DNA of 64,000 nucleotides from Stylophora pistillata (Eukaryota): NCBI RefSeq assembly GCF_002571385.2, contig NW_019218056.1, positions 46,717 to 110,716 of the forward strand, read 5' to 3'. Shown piece by piece: positions 47,170 to 60,540 of this stretch (position 1 is its first letter; each line of letters starts with the position of its first letter). The notes under the pieces were generated by a model. It saw only the letters and a program-made list of their open reading frames with translations, ran no database searches and was not told where the DNA came from. The position numbers and the translations under genes were made by a program.

Positions 47170-50100
47170 CACGCCGCCGTGCAAAGTGTAAAAAAAGGGT
47201 GTAAACTAACAAAGAGCGGGTGAAATCCAGGAAAACAATGTGTATAAGTCTCGGCCTTGGAAACTTCGAACTTTCCATAGAACTTGCAAAAAAAACTACG
47301 TCTCACTTACATTCTTTATGTTTATGGTATGGCAAATTATCCATTCAAGTGCACACTTGCAATCATTTGACCGCGGTGTTTACAACAGCGCGCTCCCATG
47401 ACGCAGGCATGACATGTTAACTGTCCCTTTAACTGTCCTAGTACACTGTCCAACTACAAGCGTGACGCGTACGCTGTCCTCCTAGTGCTCAAATCAGGCG
47501 GGTGATAACCAATCACGTTCAAGAATTTTGTAATAGTTTTTTATTAAAGCTGTAGTTTGATTCAACGCTGAATCCTCAGAGCTGAAATTACTTGAAATTT
47601 ATCTAGACAGTATACAGAATAGATATTCAGGTGTTGGGAATACAAAGGGTGTGTCACCCACACGCTATCATGATTGCACAAAGGGTGCTCGAAATGGATC
47701 TCAATTCGTTAACATTTTGATAATACAGTACGTATAATACAGTATGTATTAGGTTGATATAATACAGTATGTATTATATGGTATTAGGTATTTTAGACTC
47801 TTAATCTTAGAGGCACGTACGTATTTTGAACGAGCTCTATGAGCTCCTTGACGCTACGTGGGTAATTAAAGTATTGATTGATTTATTGACGATTGACCCT
47901 TTAGAGTGACCAGTGGCCGATTGCTCCTTACAGTATCATTTCTAAATCACACACTAACGCTACGAGAGTTAAGAAGTGATCACCAACTGAAAGAGCTCTT
48001 AATTGTTGAACTAATTCTCCGTATGAACATCCTGGGAAATGTATTGGGAACAGTATAGAGAATGTGCACTGCGAAGTTAGGGTGCAAAGAATTAATAGAC
48101 CCATACTACTTGGTTTTTATGTCTTACCAACTCCAAATAACTTTTAATCGTTTTTTTTTTTTTTCACCATTGAGGTTACGATGGGAGCATGGTAATTGCT
48201 TTTGAGGTTAACTTTCTTTCCTTTAAAGGACAGTGACCCGATTGGTTAATATCGAATTTCAATTGTACTGTAGAAGCAGAGCCACCTTAATTAGTTGGGT
48301 ATGCAGGACAAGCTTGAGAAAGAAAAACGAGCAGTCATGAAAATTGAACTTGGAAGTCACAGGTAGGGGATAAATCAGGGAATTTGAACACGGAGAAGCC
48401 TGGATAAGACGAAAATCAGTCACATTTCTTTCTCAAATTTCTCTTTATGCTGGTTTCTTTCACTGATGAAAGATACTTAAACTTTACAGTTACTCATGAA
48501 TTTTTTAATAAAGTTTATAGATTCTTGTGAAACATATAGTTTCCCCTTGTAATGTCAGTTGAACTTGGTCTGTGAAAGTACACACTTCCGTCGTTTTCTA
48601 ATATTTCTAATTATTTGGTACAATTTCTGGAGCAGGAAACATTATAATAGTCGATAAGAGTTAAATGAAAATGAAAAAGAGGCTGGTGTTAAGTTTTCAA
48701 GAAAATCAATCTTTCTATGTTACGTGTAGGAATTTTCAATTCCTGCACACTGCATGAGACGTGCAGAGAATGTGAGGGGAAGTTAAAAGCCGTCTTCAGG
48801 TTTAATTTGAAAAATTGTTCGTTCGGTTTTTTATATAGGGAAATTTTTACTTTTTTCAGGGAAAAGTCAGGGAAGGAATTTCATAAACTTTTTGTCTGTA
48901 GTAACCATGATTAAGAGGAATCAAAATTACACATCGCGCCTTTCGTGATGACCTGCTAAGTTTGATCAACAAAGGATGCTTCGGTAAGCTTCTTTGGAAG
49001 CTGCGCCGGCTATTAGATTTATTCCGATTTATTTCGGTCAATTGAAACATGTTCAATGAAACGTAACGTATCTATAATCTCGTATCTCGTATCTATAATC
49101 TAACGTATCTATAATCTCGATTGGTCCGAGACTGTTATAAATAGTAGATGTTGGTGAAACGTGCGTGAAAACAACTTCATCTACATTGCCAAACTGTAAT
49201 AATTCTGTTTTCCAGATATGAAGGGCGCTCCTGATTTAAACGCATGATTATTTTTAGAGTCTTAAAATCTGTTTATTTACATCAAACATCGTCCACATGT
49301 GCCTCGTAATTCGCCTTCTTGGTGGAGGTCCTCTTTAATCAAAACTGATGCCTCACCAAAAATACGTATCGTTTGTAAAATTCAAACAAGTAAGAACCGT
49401 CCACCAACTTTATATTGCAGTTCAGACACAATCTGAAAGAAAAAAGCGATAGTGAAATTTTTTTAGACACGGTGATGTGCGATTTCGGGGGGGGGTATAC
49501 TTAACCCTCTCCCTCCCAACGTTTGAATACTGTCTGCCGTAAATTTCTTAATAATAATAATCTTTATACTCTCAAGATAAAAGTACATATCTCAAGTTAC
49601 AATATTAAAAAGAGTACAGTTTCATATCTGAAAACATGGTTTTAAAATTCTACCCAATAACTATTAGTTGACGATATTCTTTACTCGCGTCACCATTCTC
49701 CACGAAATTGAATTAAAATTTGATGACGAAATTTTTGGTAACCCCAAGGAGAAGAGTGATCAAACCTAAAACAATTTGACCCCTGACAGAGACTGAATGT
49801 AGTTTCTCCTTAGAATATCACCCCTGAATCACACATTAAGTTTAGTAGAATAGAGGAAATGATCACCCACAGATGAAGCTGTCGATTGTTAGAGAAATTC
49901 TCCTTATTTGTACCTTAGAAAATGTGTAGAGCTGTATGGAATCGAGGTTTAAAGCCCCTCCTATTTGAATGCCATGATATTCAAACCGCCATTATCACTA
50001 CGGCTATAACCAGACTGAATGAAAGTCCCAAAAATTGTCGACGAGATCTCAATACTAAAACGTGAAAAAATGTTGGAATCGCGGAAGAACGCGACCCAAC

Positions 50101-50226
50101 CAATCGAGATTTTGTTTTGTCACATAGTTCTGTTCATGATTCCAAGATTTCTTTTTAGGTCAAGTGAAAGAGATACATCCTTACAGCCAAGAGTTTGACC
50201 ATTCTTTTTTTTTTCATGATATTTTT

Positions 50227-50500
50227 AGAGCAATTTTCAATTCAGAGTCGAAAGTAATCAGGGAGTTTCGTTTTACTTCGCACCGTGATTGGTACAGAAA
50301 ACTCGCGCCAATTTTTTAATCAGCCAGTCAGACTTAAAACTAAAACCAATCACGACTTAGGTCGCCCGCGTTCTCGCGCGCTTTTGGCTGTTTGGTTGTT
50401 TTTACTTTTAGTTCTCATTGGCTCTGAAAGGTATTTTCCCTTCTTCTGATTGGCCGTTTGAGATTGCTTTGGTTTTGAACACACAATCACAGAGCGCTCC
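50227..50500. mobile_element. MITE family, second copy at ~18243-18520
   Basis: Shared TTTCAATT.AG..TCGAA.GTAATC ... AAAAC.AATC.CGAC ... T.GGCCGTT.GATT.CTTTGG layout. Confidence 0.6.
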
Positions 50501-50537
50501 AAAAGGAAGACTCAATTACTACTCACCTTCGACCAAA

Positions 50538-52777
50538 TCAAAGCTTGCTCCAGTCCCTCATGGTAACAGGTCTTCCTCTTCTCGCTCCAGGCCTATCTCT
50601 ACACTGTCCGCAAGTCACTGGGCAGTGCAGTCTCATAAACTCTTTGTTCGCCTCTTTACTTGTTTGACAGAACCTTTTGAATCTTTTGCAAAGGCGCATG
50701 TGATCCTTGCATTCTGACCAAATAATGTGTAAACGAGATTTGAAGTTAAGTAGACAATATCGAGTTCGATTCCAAACGAAGTCACTTGCATGAAAATCAA
50801 TCATTATTGCGACGTTCAATTTTGCGAAAAGTAACCGATTTTGTATCTTAGTTACACAACCAATAGTGTGATGGTTATTGTATTTTTTAACTTTTACCTT
50901 TTCTGAGCTGGTAACACAAAAAAATCTGAAACTTTTGTAACGTTGAAAGAAAGCAAGATTCCTTCCCAAAAGAACAACAATCAGTCACGCAGCTTTCTTG
51001 TCAAATTGCAGTCCATGGTTGCCTTTTGCCAAGCAATTTTTTTTTCTTGCAGTGGTTGTTTTGTTAAAGTTGTTTTGTTAAAGTAAAAATGGCCTTACTA
51101 ATCTTAAAGAAGCCAAGCACAACTCATTGAACTACCAAAAATATGCCAACGAGAGTGAACAAAAGAGGCGTATTATTGACCCTTAGTAAATTCGCTGTAA
51201 AGGTATTTTTTTACTACCTGGGCAGCTTGCTCTGCCACGTGGTGTGTATCTGTCCCAACAACAGTCTCCAGTTCTCTCGCAGCTGATTTCAGTTTTTCCA
51301 CCTAAAACAAAATTGTTGTGGTTATTTGTCAGCAAAAATGTAAAATCAAAAGTACTAAATAGTAAAAATGTAAGTAGAGTTACTGCAGCGGCAACTGTAC
51401 GGGAGTGACCGTGGATTGAATTGTTTTGTCAGCGCGAAGGGCAAAAATAGTGGCAGAACCTCAGAATTACACAACAACTTACAATAGTTGCAAGTCTTTG
51501 CACAGCTCCTCTCCAGTTTGTACTTCAGCTGGTCGATCTTCACTTCGCACACCTGGATGCCAAGTTCTTTGACTACTTTTACACAGGTCTCATGTGCCTC
51601 TGGTTTATCTTTGCACTCTACAAGCAACAGAACATTTATTAAACTTAATTTATCCTTCATCTTTGAACCCTCATATTTCTTAGCCACAAAACTATTCATC
51701 CTTTAAGGGATGATGCCAATTAACAACTCTTTCCCTCCCCCCTCCATACATTTCCTAAGGTTGTTGACATCGAAATTGGTTTGACAACCAAGACTCTATT
51801 TTGTTAGAGATCATTTCCTTCATTCTTAAAACCTAAATGTTCGATTCAGGGGTGATATTGTAAGGAGGAATTCGATGTTACTCGCTCTTGGATATAAATA
51901 TCTTACGCGACGTGACCTTTGTTACTAGTACTGTCTACCATCATGGCGATATGAAAAGGAAATGCCCGGAAAAGATACGAGACCAGTGGGAGTGTTCTTA
52001 TTTCAACTTTGATATATGGGATGCCCTAGTTTTTCACTCCGGAAGCGCCACTTAAGGTCAATCATTAGTTTTGAAAAGAATTAAATTTATCCCTCTTGTG
52101 TGATGAAAATCTTGTGTCCGATATAATTCTTTGATTTGTTACTTATCCATTTTCTTCTTTTTGTTTGTTTACTGAGGTACTTTAGAATTTCACATTACGA
52201 TCAAGACAGTTAGTGCCATTCATTTGAAGTACAGATGGCCGTCTTACCACTTAGTTACAAAACCATGGCGAGTTTAATGAAGAGTTAGCTAGAATATATA
52301 CAACCGTGAAAACCCATAATCGCCTAAACATCGCCAACGAAATGACAAGAAGCTTTTAAAAACATTTATCAAGTTTGAACTACATGTTGGTGAAAGCGTA
52401 ATTCGCAACAACTAGAATGCCTATATCGTCAAAACCCTGTTTTGGAATTAAGAAGATGTCTAACTCACTAGCAAAGCTTTAAGTGTATTACTACGATTTT
52501 CATTGTGTCCAGTATGAAAAATACTAAATACTAAAAACGAAAAAATAAAACACTTGCCTCCGTCTCGAAGCCTTTTTAGAGCGCTGTACCTCAGAGCCAT
52601 CGCACGGCTCGTAGACGTGCGACTTGCCCCTCGCCTGCTTCCGTGGATTTTTCTGTAAGACCCTCTCTGGATGGTCCGAGAGGATGAAGATGACCTCCGT
52701 TGGGCTGAACCTTCGCTGAGTAATAAGACTACGAGCAGCAGAAGATGTAGCCACGAACTCTTCGTGAAACTCGCCAT
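50538..52777 (-). CDS. Secreted two-ShK-domain protein, paralog A (~204 aa); exons 52558-52777, 51483-51617, 51218-51301, 50538-50713
   Basis: MASFTKSSWLHLLLLVVLLLSEGSAQRR...ALKRLRDG|ECKDKPEAHETCVKVVKELGIQVCEVKIDQLKYKLERSCAKTCNY|CGKTEISCERTGDCCWDRYTPRGRASCP|ECKDHMRLCKRFKRFCQTSKEANKEFMRLHCPVTCGQCRDRPGARRGRPVTMRDWSKL*. Intron 1 uses a GC donor (G|GCAAGT). Confidence 0.9.
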
Positions 52778-52815
52778 GGTTTTTTCTCCGTTCTGTTACT
52801 TCCTCAGTTCTGTTA

Positions 52816-52851
52816 AATCTGAAAAAAGTACGCACGTCAGCGCGTTTTATA
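52816..52851 (-). promoter_or_regulatory. TATA box plus initiator of paralog A
   Basis: TATAAAA (52845-52851) about 31 nt upstream of TCAGATT (52816-52822), ~40 nt before the ATG. The TTTTTTCAG could instead be a splice acceptor. Confidence 0.5.
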
Positions 52852-55800
52852 ACTTGTTAAGGTGGGTGCGGAAAAACTAGGAGTGATATAAACCATGCCG
52901 ACACGTGCCATACAGCTTAGTAGTTCTTGCAAAATTGCCAGATGTCTTCTTGTCACGTTTTACGTAAATCCACCCACATAATCACCCTTTCTTATTATAA
53001 GTAAACGACCGCCTTTAATTATGAGGTCAAGTTTGATCTCCATGAAAGAGTTTATGGGCTGAATGTTGCACTGGGTTTTATGCCATCCTCCGCGTGTATT
53101 CGTGAAGAGTTTCTGTTAGTTGGACTCATTGAAAAACTGAGATATCGAATCCGCTCATCTTTTTAAAAATGCAATTTTTATCGTTTCTTTGATTACTTTC
53201 CCATATGATGTAACACAACTCTTAAGAAAATCTTTCCAAAAGATTTCCACAAACGAAAGACATTAGTTCCCAGCGTGAACTTTGCCCGGAACAGAATTTC
53301 GCGCGTTGTCCCTCTTTCTAAAAATACCATCCGATCATTTTTCAGAGCGATTAAGGTTCAAGGCGAATATTTTCCCGCTGTGTTTGTTTGTTGTCCAGCC
53401 GTAAGCTCACACTGAGATAATAGGGAAATATGTGGTTTCCGATGTTGGTATAAAGAGAATTCTTTCGGAATTCGTTTGGAAGGAGTCAACCACTCGCGGT
53501 ACGTTGAAACCTTTCGTGATTAGAAATGTAATTTTCGAAAGCTGTTTGCGAGGTTGTTTCAGACGTCGCGACGTAAATGACTTTCGGCTCTGTTATAACG
53601 TGAGCTCTCTCCCTCGAAACGAGGCATTTATTCGTAAACAAGGGTTTTTCGACGCCATAATTGAAGAATATGCGTGTGATAGGCACGCATGGATATTATA
53701 AAAGGACTTCTGTTAACTACTCGTCGAACTAAGGATTCCTATTGACAGTCTTCCTGATTTCTAAATTTGGAAACCCCTGAGATATCTCCATTCGGTATCC
53801 TATCGTTCCCCGTCCAATTCCCCCATCCCACCATACCCGTAGATTTTCAAGCATGAAAAATATTCGTTATCTTTAAGTCAAACAGTAAATACAAATTACA
53901 CACTGTGGAATTTTGGAACAGCTTTTGAGGTTTCTAGACCTTTCTCAGTGAAATATTTTTAACAACAAGGTCTGGTCCGTTCATTAATTGACGGCTAAAT
54001 ATCAATCGGATAGATCTAATAACATTACTCGACAGACTTCTAAACTTATATCTTCATTTTCCATTCAGGATGTGACGTAAGTCACCTCCTTTAAGATTTT
54101 GTGGTTGTCATGTCCCCTTATCTTTAAGGAAAATAAACGTGATATGCGGGAAAGAGTGGGCTATGGAAAGTAAATTTAAATGACGTCTTAAAGAAATCAC
54201 GTGGCAAAACAGGTTCACGTGAAAGAACCGCGATCACTTTTTCTTTTGTTGTAGTCCTGGTTGGACAGAAACGTTTTCACCATGTGTTCGCTATGTGAGC
54301 AACCCTTTTTTTTTTTTGTGACCAAAAATAACAATGCCTTGCATACCCTGAGTAAGATTAAAGATACTGTTGCCCTGCCTCTAAAAAAAGATCAAATCAT
54401 GCCGAATGGTTAGGTATCATTACAGAGAAAAATTCTTATTTTTTTGTTTTCTAATACGGAGATGCTAGGGAAAATGGTGCGCCTGGTGAACTATTATATG
54501 TCAGCTTTCAATTTAACGTCGATTTCTGATTAAAGAAAACTGTTTGTAACCATTTATACTATTTTAATTCGGGTTTTCCCAGTTGGCACGCAGCAAGAAA
54601 TGGCCAAAATTTTTTCCACTGTAGTTGAAAGAGGTATTCAAACAACCTATTTCAAAATCAAGTATTATGTTTCAATTCGTTGACTTTAGAAAAAGATGTT
54701 CGCAAACACCCTCAAAAATGATTGAAGCTCAATATAGCTTAAATGCAATAAACTCCATATTCTCTAGGTGCCGGTGATGTCCTACCGAAAACAGGGGAGT
54801 TTCCTGTGTTTCTGACGTTGTCAAGTTCATCCTTTTTAAGTATAAGACTCTTTCATGAAAACGTAAATTGTGTCCAAAGTAAATCTAAAAAAATCTGTTT
54901 TCGTCACTGACACGGAATATGGGTAAATGTCCGCTTGGCTGGCGATCTGAAAACTGTCATACATATTAACTCTATTCGTTGCATTTTCAGTAGCAAACTG
55001 AAACGTCACCCGATCATGATCTTCTCTCCTTCTATCGAGTTGACCGCCCAGTCAACTGACTCCTGCAGTGTTGTTACAGACATCCTAACCTTCGTAAACC
55101 CTTCCTACGATTAGGGAATTGTGTAAACCACAAACGCTTAGAAATCCATGATGTGAAATCTCACGAAAAGTAACACACTTTTGGATACAAAGACCAACGT
55201 TAAAGTTTCCACAGGAAAGATCAAGCTTCGCCTCTCTATCTTATGTTTGTTATTTCCAAAGCTTTCACGATTTACCTACGTACCTCAAATTTAGCTCCTG
55301 AGTTGAAAGTAGGTTGATGTAGGTTTTCGGAAGTCTTCTCTTAACTGAAAGCTGCATGCCGAGAAAGCGCATTTTAGAGTACTAAAACTCCTTGAAAATT
55401 GGATGTAGTTACTTATTTCAACAGTCCTCAAATTCTTTATCCAAAAAAGGTAGGTGTTTCCTGATATTCTGTTTATTTAGGCAGTAAAGAAAGCTTTAAG
55501 TGTGACAGTGATATTTAAAGGAGTATTGAAAGAGACGAGCAGTCTAAAATATTACTGTGGTGAGCGAAGTAAATGACACTTCGAAGTCATGAAGATGCAA
55601 CCCTAGTCAATGATCACTTGAGTGAAAAGGAGATCTCAATCATTAAGTTGGAATAAGTTCAAACTTCTTTTGAAAAGTTTGCAAAGCCAGCTCCAGGCTT
55701 GCAAACTCAATGACCGGGTGACTTTGTATAATCCAGATAAGTAGAACTATTTAGCTATTTTAAGGGTTTCTTTAGGAACAACGTTAGATAATAAAGTTGA

Positions 55801-58800
55801 TCAGACTATTTTACCAAGAACAGCTATTGCTCCAAGCTTTGCCACGGACTGATTTCATCGTACTTAGTCATTTTAAAAATTCATTTCTATTTTTTTTTTT
55901 TTTTTCAGTTTACTTTAAATTCGTGTTTATTGTCCTCCCAATTAATTCCACTCGGATTTTATTTTATCCCCTCTTAATCGTTGTGGTTTTGAATTGCATT
56001 CATAAGAGATTATCCTGAGTGATATTCCTGCTATATACATGCGTGGAAACATTTCGAATGCGATATGCATTCAAAATATGGCATAGTGATCATTTTTCCA
56101 TCAGAAACAGTGGCCACGCTCAAGACGATTTGATTGCAAAAAGCCGCATCGTTATCATTTCTACATCTGTGGCTAGAAGTTGTGAATGTTTATCCATCTG
56201 GAGGTTTAGTCTTCAGGTCTAATTGAACCTATTTCAAACCTCTTTGTAAGCTTGCTAGACAGGTGTCCCCTTGCGTCTGAAAATTTTGATCGCGTAATTG
56301 TTTATCTTTGTTGCGCACAATCAAGAAATGTAAGCTATGAGAGAATTTCCGAGCCGGTATTACATAGCTATTTTTAAATCGGAAGTCCTTTAATTTTATC
56401 GTTGCTTTTCGTCATTTTGCTGAGCGTTATGACTCCTTGCACCTGAGGACAGCTTTGAGTGTCTCAAATCGTATCTGAGCATTGGCACCTCTTAACTCTA
56501 AGGAGCGACCTTCAGTTCTAATGAAATTTATTTTACGTTTTTTTTTTTTTTTTCGCCAATGATGTGCCAGTTTGGTAATAAAAAAAAAAAAGAGCTTTTA
56601 ATTAAGCATCACTCATAGTTTTCAACACCCTCCTTCTCAGCATTTGTGGACAAATTTTCTCCTTAGTAACTGATTCAAGGGTTTCTAAGGGCAGCAAGAT
56701 CAGCTATCATCTCAAAATTAATCTCTACTTTTATAAAATGGATTAAAAAAAAAGAGCATATTTAAATTTCCGATATCATTAGTCTACACAGTATACGTGA
56801 CTGAATTCAACTCTACATCAACACCCATACTTTAAATAAGGGATGAGAGTTTTTGTCATCGCAAGAGACAGCGAAATTACCCTTGGTAACACTTCTGCAG
56901 AGTTTTATGCTTAAAGTATAGCTGTTATCAACAGTACATGTTGGGTTTTGCTAACTTTTTCTTTATGTCGTACGGGAAAATTCAAACTTCTCGAATTTTC
57001 GAGACAAGCTCTAAATATTTGTCTCCTTAGTGATTCTTTCAAACGTCACATTGATCAGTTGATCTTTAAATAAATGTTTGTCCTCTTTGTCAGTGAAATT
57101 GCTCTGCGAAATCAGCTTGTAATCGGATCGTTGTAATTAACTATTGTCCCTAGGTGTATACCCCCCAGTTACTATTTACATAACGTTTTTTGATAATATT
57201 TTCATTTCCGATTTAGCTTACTGCTTATATCCTAATGTTCTTATACCTTTCACCTTTAAATGCCTGAAAACAGTTCAAGGGTTCTTTGTTGTCCCATTCC
57301 TTTCCTTAGATGCACAATTATGGTTACATAATGTGTGTAAATAACAAACTTTTCGCGGAACTGAACAGAAAACGAAATCCAGTGCAATATTTTTTTTCCG
57401 AAAGAACACTGATTAGTGAATTTAAACAGCTGTGGCATATCAACTGAAAGAAGACTCCCACATATATATACATGGTTGATCGGTGGTTCCGGAGGTCCCC
57501 AAAGTTCATTACCATTTGATCCATAGTTACCGTCTTTTGTTCCTTTTTTTGCTTGAATGTTTTTTGTTTGTTTGCATTTTTGACGTTTCATAGCCAGCTT
57601 TAACTACGTTTTGCTTTAACGTTGTTTTTGCTATTGTTTAAGAGTTTTTACCAAAAGTTTCATGATGTGTAGTGTCTTAGATCAAAAAATTTTTTTTCAC
57701 GTTTGTATTTATTGATGTTTTCCCCAGCTTATATATGGTTGTATTTCCTTTCCCTTCTTTGGCTAAATGGTTTATAGGGGCTGGGCTGTTTGACTTCCCA
57801 ATTCTTGTTGATAAAATATTGTATTTGCGTAAGGAAGCAGTCCGAACACGATCCTCTCTCACATATAGTATATGCTATCTTTCAACACTCTTCCCATAAG
57901 TGTTCTTTTCCTAGTGAGATGAAAGCAAACAGATCTTGTATGTGCATCCATCTTAACTATTTGACTTGATGGATAAGAGGATTACAACGATTTTAGCAAC
58001 AAGGCTCTACAGGATATTCTAAAAGATCATTTTTGCTTTGTTCTTGTTTTTTTTACTGAGTTGTCTTTGGCCTGTCTTCCTGATTACAAACCAACTTAGG
58101 CAGGTGCAAACACACGTGCAACTGCACATCCGTAATGTATTTCTTTCTGAGCTGCCGTTGTACTGTTTATTCGTTTACGTAACCAAACTGAGGCAGGTGC
58201 AACCGCACGTGCGTTATGGACGTCAATGTCAAGAATTTCGAAATTTTCGATGGAAAATATTTGTTAAATGACTGACGAATCTTGTCTTCAAGACATGGAT
58301 TATAAATATTTATTAATTATAATTAATTATAATTAAATATAATTATATTTAATATAATTATAATTAAATATAATTATATTTAATTCTGTGTAAATAAATA
58401 TTTAGTTGTGAGACAGAGGACCAACACAAGTGTCTCGCGTTTTTTGTTTGTTTTGTTAAGGGTTTTGTATTGTAAAAAGCAATGCACTTGTCTTATTTAA
58501 TCACTTTCACCAGAGTGTGGTGAGGGTCGCACAACAGAGCGAGGCTCCAAATTAAGTGCGCCCGATATCCCACCCATCCCCACCCCAGGGGAGGACATCC
58601 ATCACGTCATCATTAACGTCTTAAACCTTAATCCCCTAAGAGAGACTATGAATCAAACATTTAGGACATGAGAATAATGGAAAATCATCAACAAATACAG
58701 AATCTCTTGATTGATAAGTAAATTCTCCTTGTCAGCACCCTGGGATTTTTATAGGGGACAGTATGGAGATTATGCATACTGATGTTAGGGAGTAAAGGGT

Positions 58801-60363
58801 TAACTTTTTAGCATATAGACTGTACTTGCACCTTTTCATTCTTTCTTTTTACGATTGATCGATTGCCTCACCCTCGACCTGTTAGGAGAGGGGTATGGGG
58901 TCTATTAGAAAGCAAAAGAACCGTAGAAAAAATTCATCCAAAACCGCTGAAAAATTCGATCATAACCGAACTGAAGCGCGAGCAAAACCATTAAAATCGA
59001 TAAATTTTCAAATCCCAGTTATAAAATCCCTTACAGATCAGATACAGTGGAGCATACGGAGGTTTCTTGACTATTCGAAATCAGTGTTGGTGCAAAATAG
59101 CCGCTCAGATTGAAGAGAAAACAAAGATCCAGAATATTACATTGTATACCTTCCTTATCATGATAAATGTTCAGGAAAGCAAGGACAGTTAAAACATAGG
59201 CGTAGTCGGCCAGTGTCCAGTTTTGGATCTAGATGTTTTCTGCCAGAAGGGAACTCTTTAGTGTTTTGACCTTCTGATCATCATTCCATTTATGTCACAG
59301 TTCAAGGTCACAAATATTTAGCCCCCTTATCAAGCAGTGATGAGGTCCAGACAGCAAGTGGAGCCCAGTGAGGCTGTTTACAAACTGAAAGTGTCTTTAA
59401 GGTGCTAATGACCAAACAATTAATGATAGCTGAACCCTAATTTATGTATCTTGACACTTTAACCGCTACTCTCTTACTCGTACAGCGCTATAGCCGACGT
59501 CAAGCAAAATTATTAGGCCAGAATTCCCCATTTTTAAATGGCTCAAAGCAAGCTTTTCCTTGAGTGTCTACTATAGGTGTCGCGACTATAACTACATTGT
59601 TTTAGTTCAATTTGTACGCTTTACGTACCTATGATGGACATCATGTGATAATGACGTGATTCGAGACCTCGTGGTGGTGGTGTTGTTTTTTGGTTTTGGT
59701 TTTTTAGTCGCCATTTTTGTTTAATGTAAAGTTTCGTTTGGAATCAAATACAGTTCTCACACATCAAAGAATGTTTGGTCAGTATAGTCATCACTTTAGG
59801 TGACAACAGGGTTACATTTCCTTGGAGCGCAGAGAATATTATTTGTCCCGTATGCTTTAAGGCTCGACTTACGTAGCTCAGAGAAAAGTATTTTTCTCAA
59901 AACATTTTCGGCAGAACTGAATATCAAGGAATAGTGCTTTGATCACGATCGGAATCATAGCTTCCCCTTACGACTCAAGTCAACAACTAAAGCCATGATA
60001 TACCGGCTGAGCTCAGTAATTAATGGAGCCCTTTTGCATGTTTTTGTATCATAATCACGACGTAGAAGAATACCAGGTATTAACGAAGAGCAGCTGTACC
60101 CTTGACATACACTTTAGATATATTTTCGCCAGCTGTCAATTCCTGGAGCACTCAGAAAAGCTGAATAAAGAGCACTTAACAGTTCATTTCGTGCCAAAAT
60201 GTTGCGTTTATTTATCTGTGCTGAGGAGACCAATGAGATGAACTTGAAGATGTTGTTCGTACTTCGGCCACTACTACTCATGTAAACGTGCTAAACCTTC
60301 CATATAGAAGGGTGCAAAAATTACCTCTAAGAGAAACTGATAACCCCTAGTCACTAGGTATTT

Positions 60364-60540
60364 AATAGCCCATTTCCGAATTACCCTTGGCCTCTTTTTC
60401 AAAACGAGGCCTGGTGCTCAACCATTCTTGTGAAAATGAGTTTAATTTGCATGTGAAGGAAAACTTATTATCATGTGAAAGGATGAGCACCAAGACTCGT
60501 TTTAAAAATGAGGTCAAGGGTAATTCGGAAATGAGCTATT
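60364..60540. mobile_element. Palindromic MITE
   Basis: AATAGCCCATTTCCGAATTACCCTTG / CAAGGGTAATTCGGAAATGAGCTATT. Confidence 0.8.

Noticed and set aside
50538-50549. C-terminal SKL as a peroxisomal PTS1 signal in paralog A
   Set aside because: The protein has a signal peptide and disulfide-rich domains, and the paralog ends in RKL; peroxisomal import is unlikely
58095-58215. Two AACT.AGGCAGGTGCAA.C.CACGTGC direct repeats as a CRISPR-like array
   Set aside because: Only two imperfect units, in a eukaryotic context with no cas genes
59335-59392. C/D-box snoRNA-like TGATGA...CTGA
   Set aside because: Too short, no terminal stem or recognisable guide; expected by chance
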